64,000 nt of DNA from Vicinamibacterales bacterium (GCA_038919385.1 JBCKZH010000002.1:6868-70867), one strand, 5' to 3'. Shown: positions 39,801 to 48,885, counted from the stretch's first letter. Translations and numbers: made by a program. Notes: a model not told the origin generated them from the letters alone.

Positions 39801-39847
39801 ATTAGCATGGCGATTCCCAACACGCCGATACGTCCAAGCTTCGTCAT
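36842..39847 (-). CDS. TonB-dependent outer-membrane receptor with an N-terminal carboxypeptidase-regulatory-like domain
   Basis: Signal peptide; GYVKDDQGGVLPGVTVVATS...GYYRLINLPPGEY; C-terminal ...QMTVVTRF. Confidence 0.85.
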   Translation of the reverse strand: MTKLGRIGVLGIAMLMASALLLEAQTTGSSLRGYVKDDQGGVLPGVTVVATSPDMIQPAAGVTDGTGYYRLINLPPGEYAVTAELAGFSVYKREAILLRAAVNFQVDIVLKLGALSETITVSGASPMLEVSKPGNVLNIDGEFQKAMPLAARRNWTDFLEQTPGVHSRPFDDGSGRSVYFGHATEHFAHVVQLEGMQVGNYNDFQLTYVQMGSDMIQDTQVKTGGSDAGTPMGTGLAINVITKSGGNTFRGTAGYAYQPLRWSNDNTGHKTTYALTGPLAQFSTCPNLECTSTGGTPVQADIGQFDGSFGGPILKNRAWFFGSFRKSAVETQISRNSKNVDDLKAYYPGATLFPQQIKGYQPYVKVTSRLGGGHEFSGFFQRDRTHGQSNWAYYFDPINVYSNGGNVYNGKVTSVWGQRMTTTLSVGYNNKSGNDNDTYSAFGFDAQGPNLVVYDGTRISSGLITGNALILEGGNNATRTFVPASLWLLRGDLTYFKEGWAGSHEFSTGFFLEPENIYDQRTDYTNDGFFREYRTVVDGTNPSLGTRAYRRDYATPVSLQTRQARDRNYAFYAQDSWKPTARLTANIGMRFDYVRRVDEVKNIVRQNSWTVQPRIGATYLLTQDAKNVLRASYSRLGEQVMGRDGVTIFGADDTVSFRREYDNNLDGVFETVVLAPASSTALAARQIAPGLHQPYIDEFIAGFRRQFPGSIGMDIGYINRAYKHMWATIDINGIYPSGPGQPFGGFGLVDPNQGQVLQQTNNTWSQLKYQAVELTVTKNMSHGFQLIAGANRQWHKIDGTWNPTDPARFVQPDHFANNANLYMPRGNNDGNSLPDTGNALSYGPTWMKYRVNFGAVWQAPFGINVAGNLTVQAGPWSGSPLYQLSATDPDVVKYGPSTFTLANGSTAANPLRTRNRYVFSTRGEGQVLAPTITTAGLKLGKVVKYRRYQVEVAANIYNLFNGGNYTQYNYNSAYQSWSSNFLLMANQQPARAFQMTVVTRF

Positions 39848-40046
39848 CGCCGGGCCCTCCAATTGGTCGTCACGGATTTCAATCGAGAACGTTGGCATCG
39901 AACAGACAAGGTGATTATGGTCCCGGCCCTGCCGTTTTCAATCACCACCCGTCACAAACGCGTCACGACGTCGTGCAAGGACGCACTGGCTACGGCGAAC
40001 TGTACACGAAAGAGATGCATTAAATAAACAAAACTTCTGCTAATGG

Positions 40047-42200
40047 CTACCGCTGGATGGCTTTGAGCAACTCGGCCGCCCGGCGTTCGGCGGGGTCGAG
40101 GCGCAACGCCTCACGGGCGCTCGTCCGGGCGTCGGCCGTTCGTCCGAGCGCGGCGTACACCGCAGCGAGATTCAGGTGTGCGCTCGCCCGCCCGGGACCG
40201 AGCTGGCGCGCGCGCTCGAGCAGCGGCAGGGCCGACGCCGGGTCGTCCTGGAGAAACAGCGCGAGGCCGAGCGCCTCTTGGGCTTCGGCGCGGTCAGGTG
40301 CGCGGGCCACGGCGATCCGCAGCCACCGGGCGGCGTCTCGGGGCGCGCCGCGATCGAGGGCCAGCGTTCCGAAGTCGAGCGCCTCGTCCGGACCGGCGTC
40401 CGCAGCCGAGTCCGGCACATGCGCGAGGCGCGCCACGGCCTCGTCCGCCCGTCCGGCGGCGACGAGCGATCGGACGAGCAACGGACCCGACACGTCCGGC
40501 TGGAACCCCGCCGTCAACGCGGCCTCGAGGTGCTCCACGGCATCGCGCGCGCGGCCGGCGCCGGCCAGGGCCTCGCCGAGCGCCAGTTGAATGGCGGGAC
40601 GGGGACCGTCGATGGTCATCGCGCGGGCGAGGGCATCCGCCGCGTCGGCGTGGCGCCTCGCATCGAGCAGCGCATGGCCGACGCGGAACCACATGACGCC
40701 GGGCCGGCGCTGGCCCGGCAAGACCTCTTCCGCATACCGGCGCGCATCGTCGTACTCGCCGCGCTCGACCAGCGCCACGGCCCATCGCGTCTGTTCACCC
40801 CCGATGCCATCGTCCAGTCCGAGGTCAGCGAAGCCGATCAGCGAGATCGCCGCGACCGCCATCGCCGGTATCCCGAGCGACGCGAGGCGGCGTGCGCGGA
40901 CGATGTCGAAGGCGCGGACGAGCGCGGCGCCGGCGCTCGCGCACAGGGGCAGGAGCAACGGCATGCGGTAGCGGTCGGCCACGAAGAACGCGATCACCGA
41001 CGCGCCGTACACGGGCACGAAGGACGCCCAGATCCAGTAGCCTCGCCGGTGCGCGCGCACCGAGGGCCAGAGGAGCCCGACGATCCCCAGCGGCAGAATC
41101 AGCCAGGGGCCCACGACCAGCCAGTGGAGGACCGACCGCGCGTCGGCCGCGTAGTACGCGTAGCTGTAGTTGAGCGGGACGTCCACGCTGTTGAGCAGGA
41201 TCAGCGCCTTGCGGATGATGAGGCGGGCGGCGTCAGCCGGACGGGCGACGATCCAGTCGACGGCGCGTCGGGCGAAGAAGTCGGACACCTCTCCGGCCGC
41301 GAGCGGCCGGCCCTCGGCGGCCTCGGCCACACGGGCCGCATCGCGCGCCTGGCCGGCGATCGACGGACGGATGCCCGGCACGGGCGTATACGTGCCGTCC
41401 GCGCGGTCGTGGTTGCCGATGTAGAGATTGAGCCCGCCGTGCGATGCGATGAGAAGCGCCTGTCCCGACACGGCGTACGTGCGCGCCGCGTTGGCCGCGA
41501 GCACGGCGAGCAGCGATACGGCGAGTAGCGCGGCGCCGCGGGTCGCCGCCCATCCGCGTGGGCCACCGCCGCGGGTGACTGAGGCCTGTCGCCACTGATG
41601 GATGAGCACGCCCGCCACCGCCGCAACGCCGAACGCCAGGGCGTTCGGACGATTGAGTGCCAGCACTCCCAGGGTCGCGCCGGCGCCGGCCCATGCCACG
41701 GTGGCGCCGCCGGCGAGCGCGCGCGTCAGAAGGCACAAGGCGCCGGCGACGAGGAACGGGTCGAGCGCCGATTGCAGGATGAGCACCTCGTTGAAGGAGA
41801 AGGGCCCTGCCAGCATGGCGAGGCCCGCCGCCACGGCCGCCGCGCGCACGCCGAACCAGTAGCGGGCCGTCGCGAACGACAGATAGACCGCCGCCGTGCC
41901 GAGTCCTATCTGGAGGAGCTGCGCCGCCAGCACCGAGCCCCCGGCCGCGAACACCGTGGCGAGCGCGTAGGCATAGAGCGGCGACACGAACGACGTGTCG
42001 ACGGGGGCGAAGAGCCCCGCCGCGGCCATCTGCCGCGCAAGGCCCACGTAGTAGGCGGTGTCGAGTTCGCCGTGCGGTTGGAGCAGCGGGTGGTCGCGGA
42101 GCTGCATGAGGACGGCCAGCTTGATCGCGAACGCGCACCCCAGAATCAGCGCCACCCATCGTCGCGGCGCACGCGTCGTTTCGTCAGCGGTCTCGCTCAT
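40047..42200 (-). CDS. GT39/ArnT-like polytopic glycosyltransferase with C-terminal TPR repeats
   Basis: Start at MSETADE; multiple TM helices; the C-terminal third is TPR-like (ALGRTADARTSAREALRLDP). Confidence 0.8.
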   Translation of the reverse strand: MSETADETTRAPRRWVALILGCAFAIKLAVLMQLRDHPLLQPHGELDTAYYVGLARQMAAAGLFAPVDTSFVSPLYAYALATVFAAGGSVLAAQLLQIGLGTAAVYLSFATARYWFGVRAAAVAAGLAMLAGPFSFNEVLILQSALDPFLVAGALCLLTRALAGGATVAWAGAGATLGVLALNRPNALAFGVAAVAGVLIHQWRQASVTRGGGPRGWAATRGAALLAVSLLAVLAANAARTYAVSGQALLIASHGGLNLYIGNHDRADGTYTPVPGIRPSIAGQARDAARVAEAAEGRPLAAGEVSDFFARRAVDWIVARPADAARLIIRKALILLNSVDVPLNYSYAYYAADARSVLHWLVVGPWLILPLGIVGLLWPSVRAHRRGYWIWASFVPVYGASVIAFFVADRYRMPLLLPLCASAGAALVRAFDIVRARRLASLGIPAMAVAAISLIGFADLGLDDGIGGEQTRWAVALVERGEYDDARRYAEEVLPGQRRPGVMWFRVGHALLDARRHADAADALARAMTIDGPRPAIQLALGEALAGAGRARDAVEHLEAALTAGFQPDVSGPLLVRSLVAAGRADEAVARLAHVPDSAADAGPDEALDFGTLALDRGAPRDAARWLRIAVARAPDRAEAQEALGLALFLQDDPASALPLLERARQLGPGRASAHLNLAAVYAALGRTADARTSAREALRLDPAERRAAELLKAIQR

Positions 42201-42256
42201 CGCGCCACGTAGGACCGTCCGACGGTCAGGGCGCGATCGCGAGCACGCGGCGGGCT

Positions 42257-42430
42257 GCCGGCGCCCTCCTCTTCCTTGACCAACCGCGCAAGCGTTATCT
42301 CGGGGTCGTCCTCGGCCATCCGGATTCGGTGCACCAGCCACGTCTCCGGCAGCGCCAACACGAGCCGGATGCCGCATGCCTTGAGGGAGTCGTACACCAG
42401 GCGGGAATGGACCGTCGACACGGGCGACAT
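42257..42430 (-). pseudogene. possible N-terminal fragment of a thiamine-diphosphate enzyme (sulfopyruvate/phosphonopyruvate decarboxylase-like)
   Basis: VYDSLKACGIRLVLALPETWL...LARLVKEEEGAG, then homology is lost. Confidence 0.3.
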
Positions 42431-42481
42431 CGACCGCATCATACATGCGCTCTTCCCCTGAGGACTCCGGGGGGCCATACC

Positions 42482-42860
42482 ATGGAGGCTGCCGCGGCGG
42501 CGGCCGTGGCCATCGGCGGGTCACGGGTGAGCGCGCCGGCGCCGGCCTCCGCGTGTCAACCGACATGCCACGCGCAGGAGGCCTGGCTGGACAAGATGCC
42601 GGGCAAGCACCGAATGATCCTCGACGCCACCACCGCCTCCGGCGCCGATCTGGCGATCGTGCTCTGCCTGAGCCACTCTGTCACCGTCTTCGCGTTCACC
42701 GATGCGATCTGGTCGAAGCACGGCAAGGCCTTTCGCCGACGCCGTCACGTCCACGTCGCGCACCGGCGAAACGCCGGCCGCCAACCCGTACAACGCCGGG
42801 GTCATGATCCCGAGCAACGCCGCCTCGTCTTCCGGCGCCAGTAACGCGAGACAATTCGCG
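42482..42860 (+). pseudogene. degraded Tat-signal DsrE-like periplasmic protein (internal deletion plus frameshift)
   Basis: AWLDKMPGKHRMILDATT..., then DLAIV...FAFTDAIWSKHGKAF, then a frame change to ...TGETPAANPYNAG. Confidence 0.35.
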
Positions 42861-43179
42861 CGCGCGTCTTGCTCCTGCTCACGTGACGACTATCACACGG
42901 CTCAACCCGCTCCGACCGCGCCAACATCCTGGCCAACACCGTCACCGCCGGCGTCAGCGTCACGCCAAATGTTCGCGCGAGCTCGACGACCTGCACGCCA
43001 CCCTCACGCGGCTGCCTGGGGAGCAGCACACGGTGCTCGAAGAATCGTGGCAGCGGCTGACGGCGGCGCAGCGCGCAGTCGGCCCTCGCTGCCCTCCTTC
43101 GCCAGGACATCGTGATGAAGGAAGACGGATGCTATCTCGCGGCTGATTCGCTCTATCGCGAATGGGTCGCCCGCAAGAC

Positions 43180-44046
43180 CTACTGACGCGGCTGCCAGTT
43201 CACCACCATCGTGATCGGCTGCGTGCTGCCCCGCTGGTACGGCACGATGGCGAGGAATCTGCCGCCTCGGGAGGGTTCGAAGTCGAGCCACCCGTCGCGC
43301 GGCAACTCGAACAACGCCATCGGCGCGCCGACCCGCGGCGCCGGCGAGGTTTGCACCGGCACCGCCATGAGTTTCCCGTCGCCGCCGACATAAAACAACT
43401 CGCGGCCATCGCGCGACCAGCGCACCGCGCTGCCACCCCCGGGCGAGACCGTCAGCGCCGATGCCGGCTCGGCGAGGGTGGCCGTCAACACATCGAAGCG
43501 CCCTGATGGATTCGACGCATAGGCAAAGGCCTTCCCGTCCGGCGACCACCGCACGCTGCTAAAGAGAAAGCGGTTCGCGGGAATCAACGGCTGGACATCC
43601 GCCGGCCGCGCCAGCGGCAGTGTAAAGGGCTGGAAGTTACCTGACGCCGATCGCTCGACGAACGCGAGCGTTGTTCCAGCCGGCGAGACGTCCATCGGCT
43701 GCTGCTGCCGGCCGGCCGGCCGAAGCTCCTCCTCGACGCCTGAGGCCAGGTCCTTCTTGTACAGGTGCGGCGATCCACCGCGATCGGCGACGAACACGAT
43801 GCCTCGGCCGTTTTTCAACCACACCGGGGTGACTTCGGTACGTGGATCGGATGTGATGCGCGTGTCGACATTCCTCTGCGGATCGGCGATCCAGAGATCC
43901 CACGAGCCGAGGCTCGGGTCAAGGCGGTCGAACCGCAGCCGCCCGTCGTCGGGAGACAACCTCGCGTCCAGGTAGGTGGCGGCGTCGCTCACCGTCGCGC
44001 CGATCCGGCCGGCTGCGAGGTCGATCCTTTGCGCGAGACGATAGTC
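43180..44046 (-). pseudogene. TolB-like WD40 beta-propeller C-terminal region, 5'-truncated at an element terminus
   Basis: Repeating SPDG/WSPDGK/SRDGREL propeller blades; the frame is open up to the repeat at 44047. Confidence 0.7.
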
Positions 44047-44120
44047 CGTATTAGCGGCCTCACCCGTGTGCCGCGGTGAGTCGACATAAGGTGCGTTGGA
44101 CTAAACCGCTTCGCGGTAAA
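44047..44120 (+). repeat. divergent third copy of the element terminus (opposite end type)
   Basis: Shares CGTATTAGCGGCCTC and TC(A/G)ACATAAGG with copies A/B; has its own nested hairpins (CTCACC...GGTGAG inside AGCGG...CCGCT). Confidence 0.7.
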
Positions 44121-44249
44121 TGGTCGGTCGACGATTCGAGCGTGACGCGCGCACCGAGGTTCTCCGATCGTCGGCTCTGATCCCCATCCTCGTATACGCT
44201 CCGATCCGCACGCCTGGAATGAGCCGGGCGTTTCACACAGGAGCGCGCC

Positions 44250-44812
44250 ATGACCTCTCTTCGCCAACGCATGCTCGAAGACATGCGGTTCGCAATCTGT
44301 CGCCGCTGACGCAGACCTCATACGTCGGGCACGTCTCGCTGTTCGCGCGCCATTTCAGGACGTCCCCGGCGCTGCTCGGGCCCGAGGACATCCGCGCGTA
44401 TCAGGTCTATCTCGCCACGGAGCGGAGGCTCGCCACGAGCTCCGTTTCCGTCGCGGTCGCGGGCCTCCGCATCTCTGAAGCCATGCACCTCACCCTGCCG
44501 GCGATCGACAGTCAGCGCATGGTCCTGCGTGTCGAGCAAGGGAAGGGGCAGAAAGATTGCGTGATGCTGTCGCCGCGGCTGCTCACTCTCTTGCGGGACT
44601 GGTGGCGCGTGAGCCGATCCCGGCCCTGGCTCTTTCGGCAATCGGCCGGAGCAACCGATCACCACCCACTCCGTAGACAAGGCCTGCCGGAAGGCCCATC
44701 GGCGCTGCGGTATTCCCAAGCCGATCACGCCCCTTTGCTACGGCACGCCTTCGCCGTCCACCTCCTTGACGAATCCCGACTTGCGAAGTCGGACATCAGC
44801 AGGCTAAAATAG
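44250..44812 (+). pseudogene. tyrosine recombinase/integrase of the type paired with IS91-family transposases; frameshifted and internally deleted
   Basis: MTSLRQRMLEDMR, then a frame change to NLSPLTQTSYV...; AGLR|ISEA junction lacks ~100 codons; RMVLRVEQGKGQKD; LRHAFAVHLL. Confidence 0.75.
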
Positions 44813-44846
44813 GACCCCTGCGGTCGGATATGGGTGCCGGGGAAAT

Positions 44847-45323
44847 ATGCTGAGACTTTCAAAGAAATCCGACTACGCCCTGATTGCCATGAAGCACCTG
44901 GCGACACGCCCGGACGGCAGCGGCTCGTCGAGTGCCCGCGAGATCTCCGAGTCGTACGACATCCCACTCGAACTGCTCGCGAAGGTCTTGCAGCGCCTGG
45001 TGCGCGCACGCCTGCTCGTGTCGGTGCAGGGCACGCGTGGTGGCTACCGCCTGGGACGACCGGCCGGCGCCATTTCCGTGGCGGACGTGATCCAGTCCGT
45101 GGACGGGCCCGTCACCGTCACCGCGTGTTCGATCGACGACCACACCTGCGACCAGTATACGAAGTGCAACATTCGCGACCCGCTGTGGAAGATCAAGAAC
45201 CGCATTCTCGACGCGCTGAACACGGTGAGCGTGGCCGAGATGGCGGTGGAGTCGGAGGCGCCGGCGTCGGTGCCCATGCACACCGTGTCGCGCATGATGT
45301 TCGTGCCGCCCATCGGGGAATGA
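44847..45323 (+). CDS. Rrf2-family transcriptional regulator (IscR/SufR-like) with three Cys
   Basis: [15 protein letters not shown]...; [14 protein letters not shown]. Confidence 0.85.
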   Translation: MLRLSKKSDYALIAMKHLATRPDGSGSSSAREISESYDIPLELLAKVLQRLVRARLLVSVQGTRGGYRLGRPAGAISVADVIQSVDGPVTVTACSIDDHTCDQYTKCNIRDPLWKIKNRILDALNTVSVAEMAVESEAPASVPMHTVSRMMFVPPIGE

Positions 45324-45345
45324 GCGAGTCGAAGGGCGACTGGGA

Positions 45346-46545
45346 ATGATTTACCTCGACTACCACGCGACGACGCCGGTGGATGCGCGGGTGCTCGAGG
45401 TGATGCTGCCGTACTTCGGCGAGCGATTCGGGAACGCGGCGAGCAAGCATCACGCGTTCGGGTGGGCCGCGAGCGACGCGGTGGAGCGGGCCCGCAAGCA
45501 GATCGCGGCGCTGGTGGGCGCGAGCAGCAAGGACGTGGTGTTCACGAGCGGCGCGACCGAGGCGAACAACCTCGCGATCAAGGGCGCGGCGGAAGCCCGG
45601 CGCGGCGAGCGCGATCACCTCGTCACGGTCGCCACGGAACACAAGTCCGTGCTCGACCCGATGAGGCGCCTCGAGCGCGACGGCTGGGGCCTCACGGTGC
45701 TGCCGGTCTCCGGTTCGGGGTTGATCGATCTGGAGGCGCTGGCACGGGCCATCACCGCGCGAACCGCGCTGGTGAGCGTGATGGCGGCGAACAACGAGAT
45801 CGGCGTGTTGCAGCCGATCAAGCAAGCGGCGGCACTGGCCCACGCGCACGGGGCGTGGTTCCACACCGATGCGGTGCAGGCCATCGGCAAGGTCCCGTTT
45901 CACGTCGAGGATCTCGATGTCGACCTGGTGTCAATGACGGCGCACAAGATCTATGGCCCCAAGGGGGCCGGCGCGCTGTATGTGCGGCGCCCTTCGACGG
46001 CGCTCAGGGCAGGCAAGGGCCCCTCCTCCGCCACCGCTGCGGAGGGCAAGCGGGACGTGAAGCTGGCCGGGCAGATTGACGGCGGTGGCCACGAGCGCGG
46101 TTTGCGATCTGGCACCTTGAACGTGCCCGGTATCGTCGGGTTTGGCCACGCGGCCGAGATCGCCCGCACGGAGATGGCCGCCGAAGCGTTGCGCGTGGCG
46201 GGCTTGCGCGACCGGTTGTTGGAACGGCTGCAGGCGAGGACGGAGGGGATGTCGGTGAATGGCGCCATGGACGCGCGCCTGCCCGGCAACCTGAACGTCA
46301 GCTTCGCGGGAATTGACGGAGAGGCGTTGCTGGTGAGCCTCGACGACATCGCGGTGTCGTCTGGAGCCGCGTGCACCGCCGCCGAACCGTCGCATGTGCT
46401 CGTGGCGCTCGGGCTAGCGAAGGACCGCGCGCTGGCTTCGCTTCGATTCGGCATCGGACGAACCACGACGCTGGACGAAGTCGAGTACGCGGCTGCCAAG
46501 GTGGCCGACGTGGTGACACGGCTGCGGAACATGTCGCCGGTCTAG
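45346..46545 (+). CDS. iscS: class I cysteine desulfurase (IscS/NifS type) carrying a short repeat-derived insertion
   Basis: YLDYHATTP; [12 protein letters not shown]; SSGAACT active-site Cys loop; extra segment [19 protein letters not shown]. Confidence 0.9.
   Translation: MIYLDYHATTPVDARVLEVMLPYFGERFGNAASKHHAFGWAASDAVERARKQIAALVGASSKDVVFTSGATEANNLAIKGAAEARRGERDHLVTVATEHKSVLDPMRRLERDGWGLTVLPVSGSGLIDLEALARAITARTALVSVMAANNEIGVLQPIKQAAALAHAHGAWFHTDAVQAIGKVPFHVEDLDVDLVSMTAHKIYGPKGAGALYVRRPSTALRAGKGPSSATAAEGKRDVKLAGQIDGGGHERGLRSGTLNVPGIVGFGHAAEIARTEMAAEALRVAGLRDRLLERLQARTEGMSVNGAMDARLPGNLNVSFAGIDGEALLVSLDDIAVSSGAACTAAEPSHVLVALGLAKDRALASLRFGIGRTTTLDEVEYAAAKVADVVTRLRNMSPV
45990..46020 (+). repeat. 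31-nt REP-like element, copy inside iscS
   Basis: cccttcgacggcgctcagggcaggcaagggc; 27/31 identical to 47520-47550. Confidence 0.7.
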
Positions 46546-46575
46546 GGCGGGTCAGGCAGGTTGGGCGGGTAGGAC

Positions 46576-46950
46576 ATGCGGTACTCGGACCAAGTCCTGA
46601 AGCGTGTTCGCGAGCCGCAACGAGTGGGGACGCTTCCCGCCGGCGCGGGTGTCGGCACGGGGGCGTCGGGAACGTTGGACGAAGGCACCGTCACTCGCAT
46701 TGACGTGCGGCTGAGCGGCCAGACGATCGTGGAAGCGCGGTTCAAGGTGTTTGGCTGCAGCGCGGCGATTGCGAGCGCCAGCCTGGTGGCGGAGTGGTTG
46801 GAAGGCGCCTCGCTGGACGAGGCGAAGGGGCTGACGGCCGAGCGGGTCACGCAGGCACTGCAACTGGCGCACGAACGAGCACCTATGGCGCGGCGTGCGG
46901 TTGAAGCGGCCCAACGGGCGATCAGCGCCGCCGAGACGAAGAACGAATAG
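46576..46950 (+). CDS. IscU/NifU-N-like protein retaining only one of the three canonical cluster-ligand cysteines
   Basis: ARFKVFGCSAAIASASL block conserved; positions equivalent to GAPACGD and IHC lack Cys; one Cys in total. Confidence 0.7.
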   Translation: MRYSDQVLKRVREPQRVGTLPAGAGVGTGASGTLDEGTVTRIDVRLSGQTIVEARFKVFGCSAAIASASLVAEWLEGASLDEAKGLTAERVTQALQLAHERAPMARRAVEAAQRAISAAETKNE

Positions 46951-46958
46951 CGGACGAG

Positions 46959-47288
46959 ATGATTGAGATCACAGAAAGTGCGGCACGGGTCATCAACCGG
47001 CAGGTGGCGAAAAACCAGCACCCTGGCGGCGGGCTGCGGATTGCCATCAAGGCTGGTGGCTGTTCGGGCTTCAGCTACCAATTCGAGTGGGACGCGGCGG
47101 CCCGCGAGACCGACCAGGTGTTTGAAGGCACCGACGGCGCGAAGGCGTTCGTCGACCCGCGCAGTCTGAAACTGCTCGACGGCACGGTGCTCGATTTTGA
47201 CGAGCACAACATGATGGCGACGACCTTTACCTTGAAGAATCCGCATGCGACGAGCACGTGCGGTTGCGGCACATCGTTCTCTGCTTAG
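46959..47288 (+). CDS. A-type Fe-S carrier (IscA/SufA/ErpA)
   Basis: GGCSGFSY...NPHATSTCGCGTSF. Confidence 0.9.
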   Translation: MIEITESAARVINRQVAKNQHPGGGLRIAIKAGGCSGFSYQFEWDAAARETDQVFEGTDGAKAFVDPRSLKLLDGTVLDFDEHNMMATTFTLKNPHATSTCGCGTSFSA

Positions 47289-47316
47289 GCGGGTGAGGCC
47301 GGTAGGGCGGGTGTTT

Positions 47317-47337
47317 CAAGCCGCAAGCCGCAAGCCG
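47317..47337 (+). repeat. CAAGCCG x3
   Basis: caagccgcaagccgcaagccg upstream of the suf remnant. Confidence 0.8.
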
Positions 47338-47353
47338 GTAAGCGAAGGAAATA

Positions 47354-47560
47354 ATGAGCACAGCAACGAAGCAAATCGAAGAACTGGCGAATACCGAATA
47401 TAAGTACGGGTTCGTGCCCGACTACGTGCACGTGCTCGCCGACGGCCGCATCGTTCGATCGGGTGGCCGGGAACTGGCGCTGGAACTGGAAGACAAGGGC
47501 TACGCCTGGACCGAGCCGGCCCTTCGACAGGGCTCAGGGCAGGCGGGGGCGAGGAAGTAA
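47354..47560 (+). pseudogene. in-frame fusion of the first ~21 codons of sufB to the last ~32 codons of sufC
   Basis: [21 protein letters not shown] (SufB N-terminus) joined to [31 protein letters not shown] (SufC C-terminus). Confidence 0.8.
47520..47550 (+). repeat. 31-nt REP-like element, copy at the 3' end of the sufB'-'sufC remnant
   Basis: cccttcgacagggctcagggcaggcgggggc. Confidence 0.7.
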
Positions 47561-47562
47561 CG

Positions 47563-48885
47563 ATGAGTCCCGTCGCCGAACGACACGACACCTACGTGAC
47601 GGAGTACGGCCGCTTTGCCCAGGGCCGCGGCGCCGCCGCGCCCGCGTGGGTGAAGGCGCGCCGCGAGCAGGCGCGGAGCCAGTTCGCCAAGGCGGGCTTC
47701 CCGACCACGCGGCAGGAAGACTGGCGCTTCACCAACATCACGCCGATCGCCGAAACGGAGTTCACGCTGGCGGCCGGCGCGTTCGCGCAGGCGGCCGCCC
47801 TGGTGGTTGGTGTGACGGTTCCCGGTGCGGTTCGGCTGGTGATCGTGAATGGGGAGTTCGCGGCCGGCCTTTCCGACCTCAGCTCGCTGCCGAAAGGCCT
47901 TCGCATTGCCAGCCTGCGCGACGGCGCGCGCGATGCCACCGACGGGCTCGAAGCGCACCTCGCCAAGGTGTTCAACATCGCAACGCATCCGTTCGCGGCG
48001 CTCAATACTGCGTTTCTGGACGACGGCGTGGCCATCATGATTACGGCCGGCGCGGTCGTCGAGACGCCCATCCACATTGTGGTGGTGACCGGCGGCGACC
48101 AGCCGGTGGTGGCGCATCCGCGCGTCTTGATCGTGGCTGGCGCCAACAGCCAGGTTCGCGTCGCGCAGACCTTCATCGGCGTCGCCGACAGCGTCTATTT
48201 CAACAATGCCGTGGCCGAGGTGATGGTGGGCGAGGGCGCGAATGTCGAGTTCTACACGGATCAGCGCGAGTCGGAGCGGGCGTTTCACCTCGCCAACATC
48301 CAGGCGCACGTGTCGGCGAAGGGCGTGTTCGCCTCGCACGCGTTCTCGACCGGCAGCCGGATCATGCGTCACGACATCGGTATCGGCCTGAAGGGCGAAG
48401 GCGCCGACTGCACCATGAATGGCGTCTACCTGGCCGACGGCGAGCGCCTGATGGACACGCACACCTCGCTCGATCACGCAATGCCGCATTGCACCAGCCA
48501 CGAGATCTACAAGGGCATTCTCGCCGGCAAGGCCAAGGCGGTGTTCAACGGCCGCATCATCGTCCAGATCGACGCCCAGAAGACCGACGCCAAGCAGACC
48601 AACCGCGCCCTGCTGCTGTCGGACGAAGCGACCATCAACTCGAATCCGCAGCTCGAGATCTTTGCCGATGATGTGAAGTGCACGCATGGCGCGGCGGTCG
48701 GCCAGTTGGACGAAGAGGCGCTGTTTTACCTCCAGGCGCGCGGGCTGAACCGGGCCGAGGCCCGAGACATGCTGCTGCACGCCTTTGCCGGTGAAGTGAT
48801 TGCCGGCCTGAAGATCCCGGCGCTGCGTGAGCAGATCGAACGCAACTTCTTCAGCGCGCTCGCGCGCGATGTCCAGGGCCGCTGA
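47563..48885 (+). CDS. sufD: Fe-S assembly protein SufD
   Basis: FPTTRQEDWRFTNI...; C-terminal HGAAVGQLDEEALFYLQARGL. Confidence 0.9.
   Translation: MSPVAERHDTYVTEYGRFAQGRGAAAPAWVKARREQARSQFAKAGFPTTRQEDWRFTNITPIAETEFTLAAGAFAQAAALVVGVTVPGAVRLVIVNGEFAAGLSDLSSLPKGLRIASLRDGARDATDGLEAHLAKVFNIATHPFAALNTAFLDDGVAIMITAGAVVETPIHIVVVTGGDQPVVAHPRVLIVAGANSQVRVAQTFIGVADSVYFNNAVAEVMVGEGANVEFYTDQRESERAFHLANIQAHVSAKGVFASHAFSTGSRIMRHDIGIGLKGEGADCTMNGVYLADGERLMDTHTSLDHAMPHCTSHEIYKGILAGKAKAVFNGRIIVQIDAQKTDAKQTNRALLLSDEATINSNPQLEIFADDVKCTHGAAVGQLDEEALFYLQARGLNRAEARDMLLHAFAGEVIAGLKIPALREQIERNFFSALARDVQGR

Noticed and set aside
37406-39805. 799-aa ORF on the plus strand
   Set aside because: It lies entirely antisense to the well-supported TonB-dependent receptor gene. 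Its composition is Arg/Val/Ala/Gly-rich and it has no motif. This is the typical shadow ORF of a high-GC genome. The same reasoning applies to 29548-31611 (+), 15128-16192 (+), 16301-17425 (+), 47500-49131 (-), 28094-29251 (+), 40176-41528 (+) and 2110-3192 (-).
42802-43150. Possible HTH regulator fragment (ELARTFGVTLTPAVTVLARML) on the minus strand
   Set aside because: It is a short helix-turn-helix-like stretch embedded in an Arg-rich, low-complexity frame within a region of overlapping degraded fragments. It is not distinguishable from chance.
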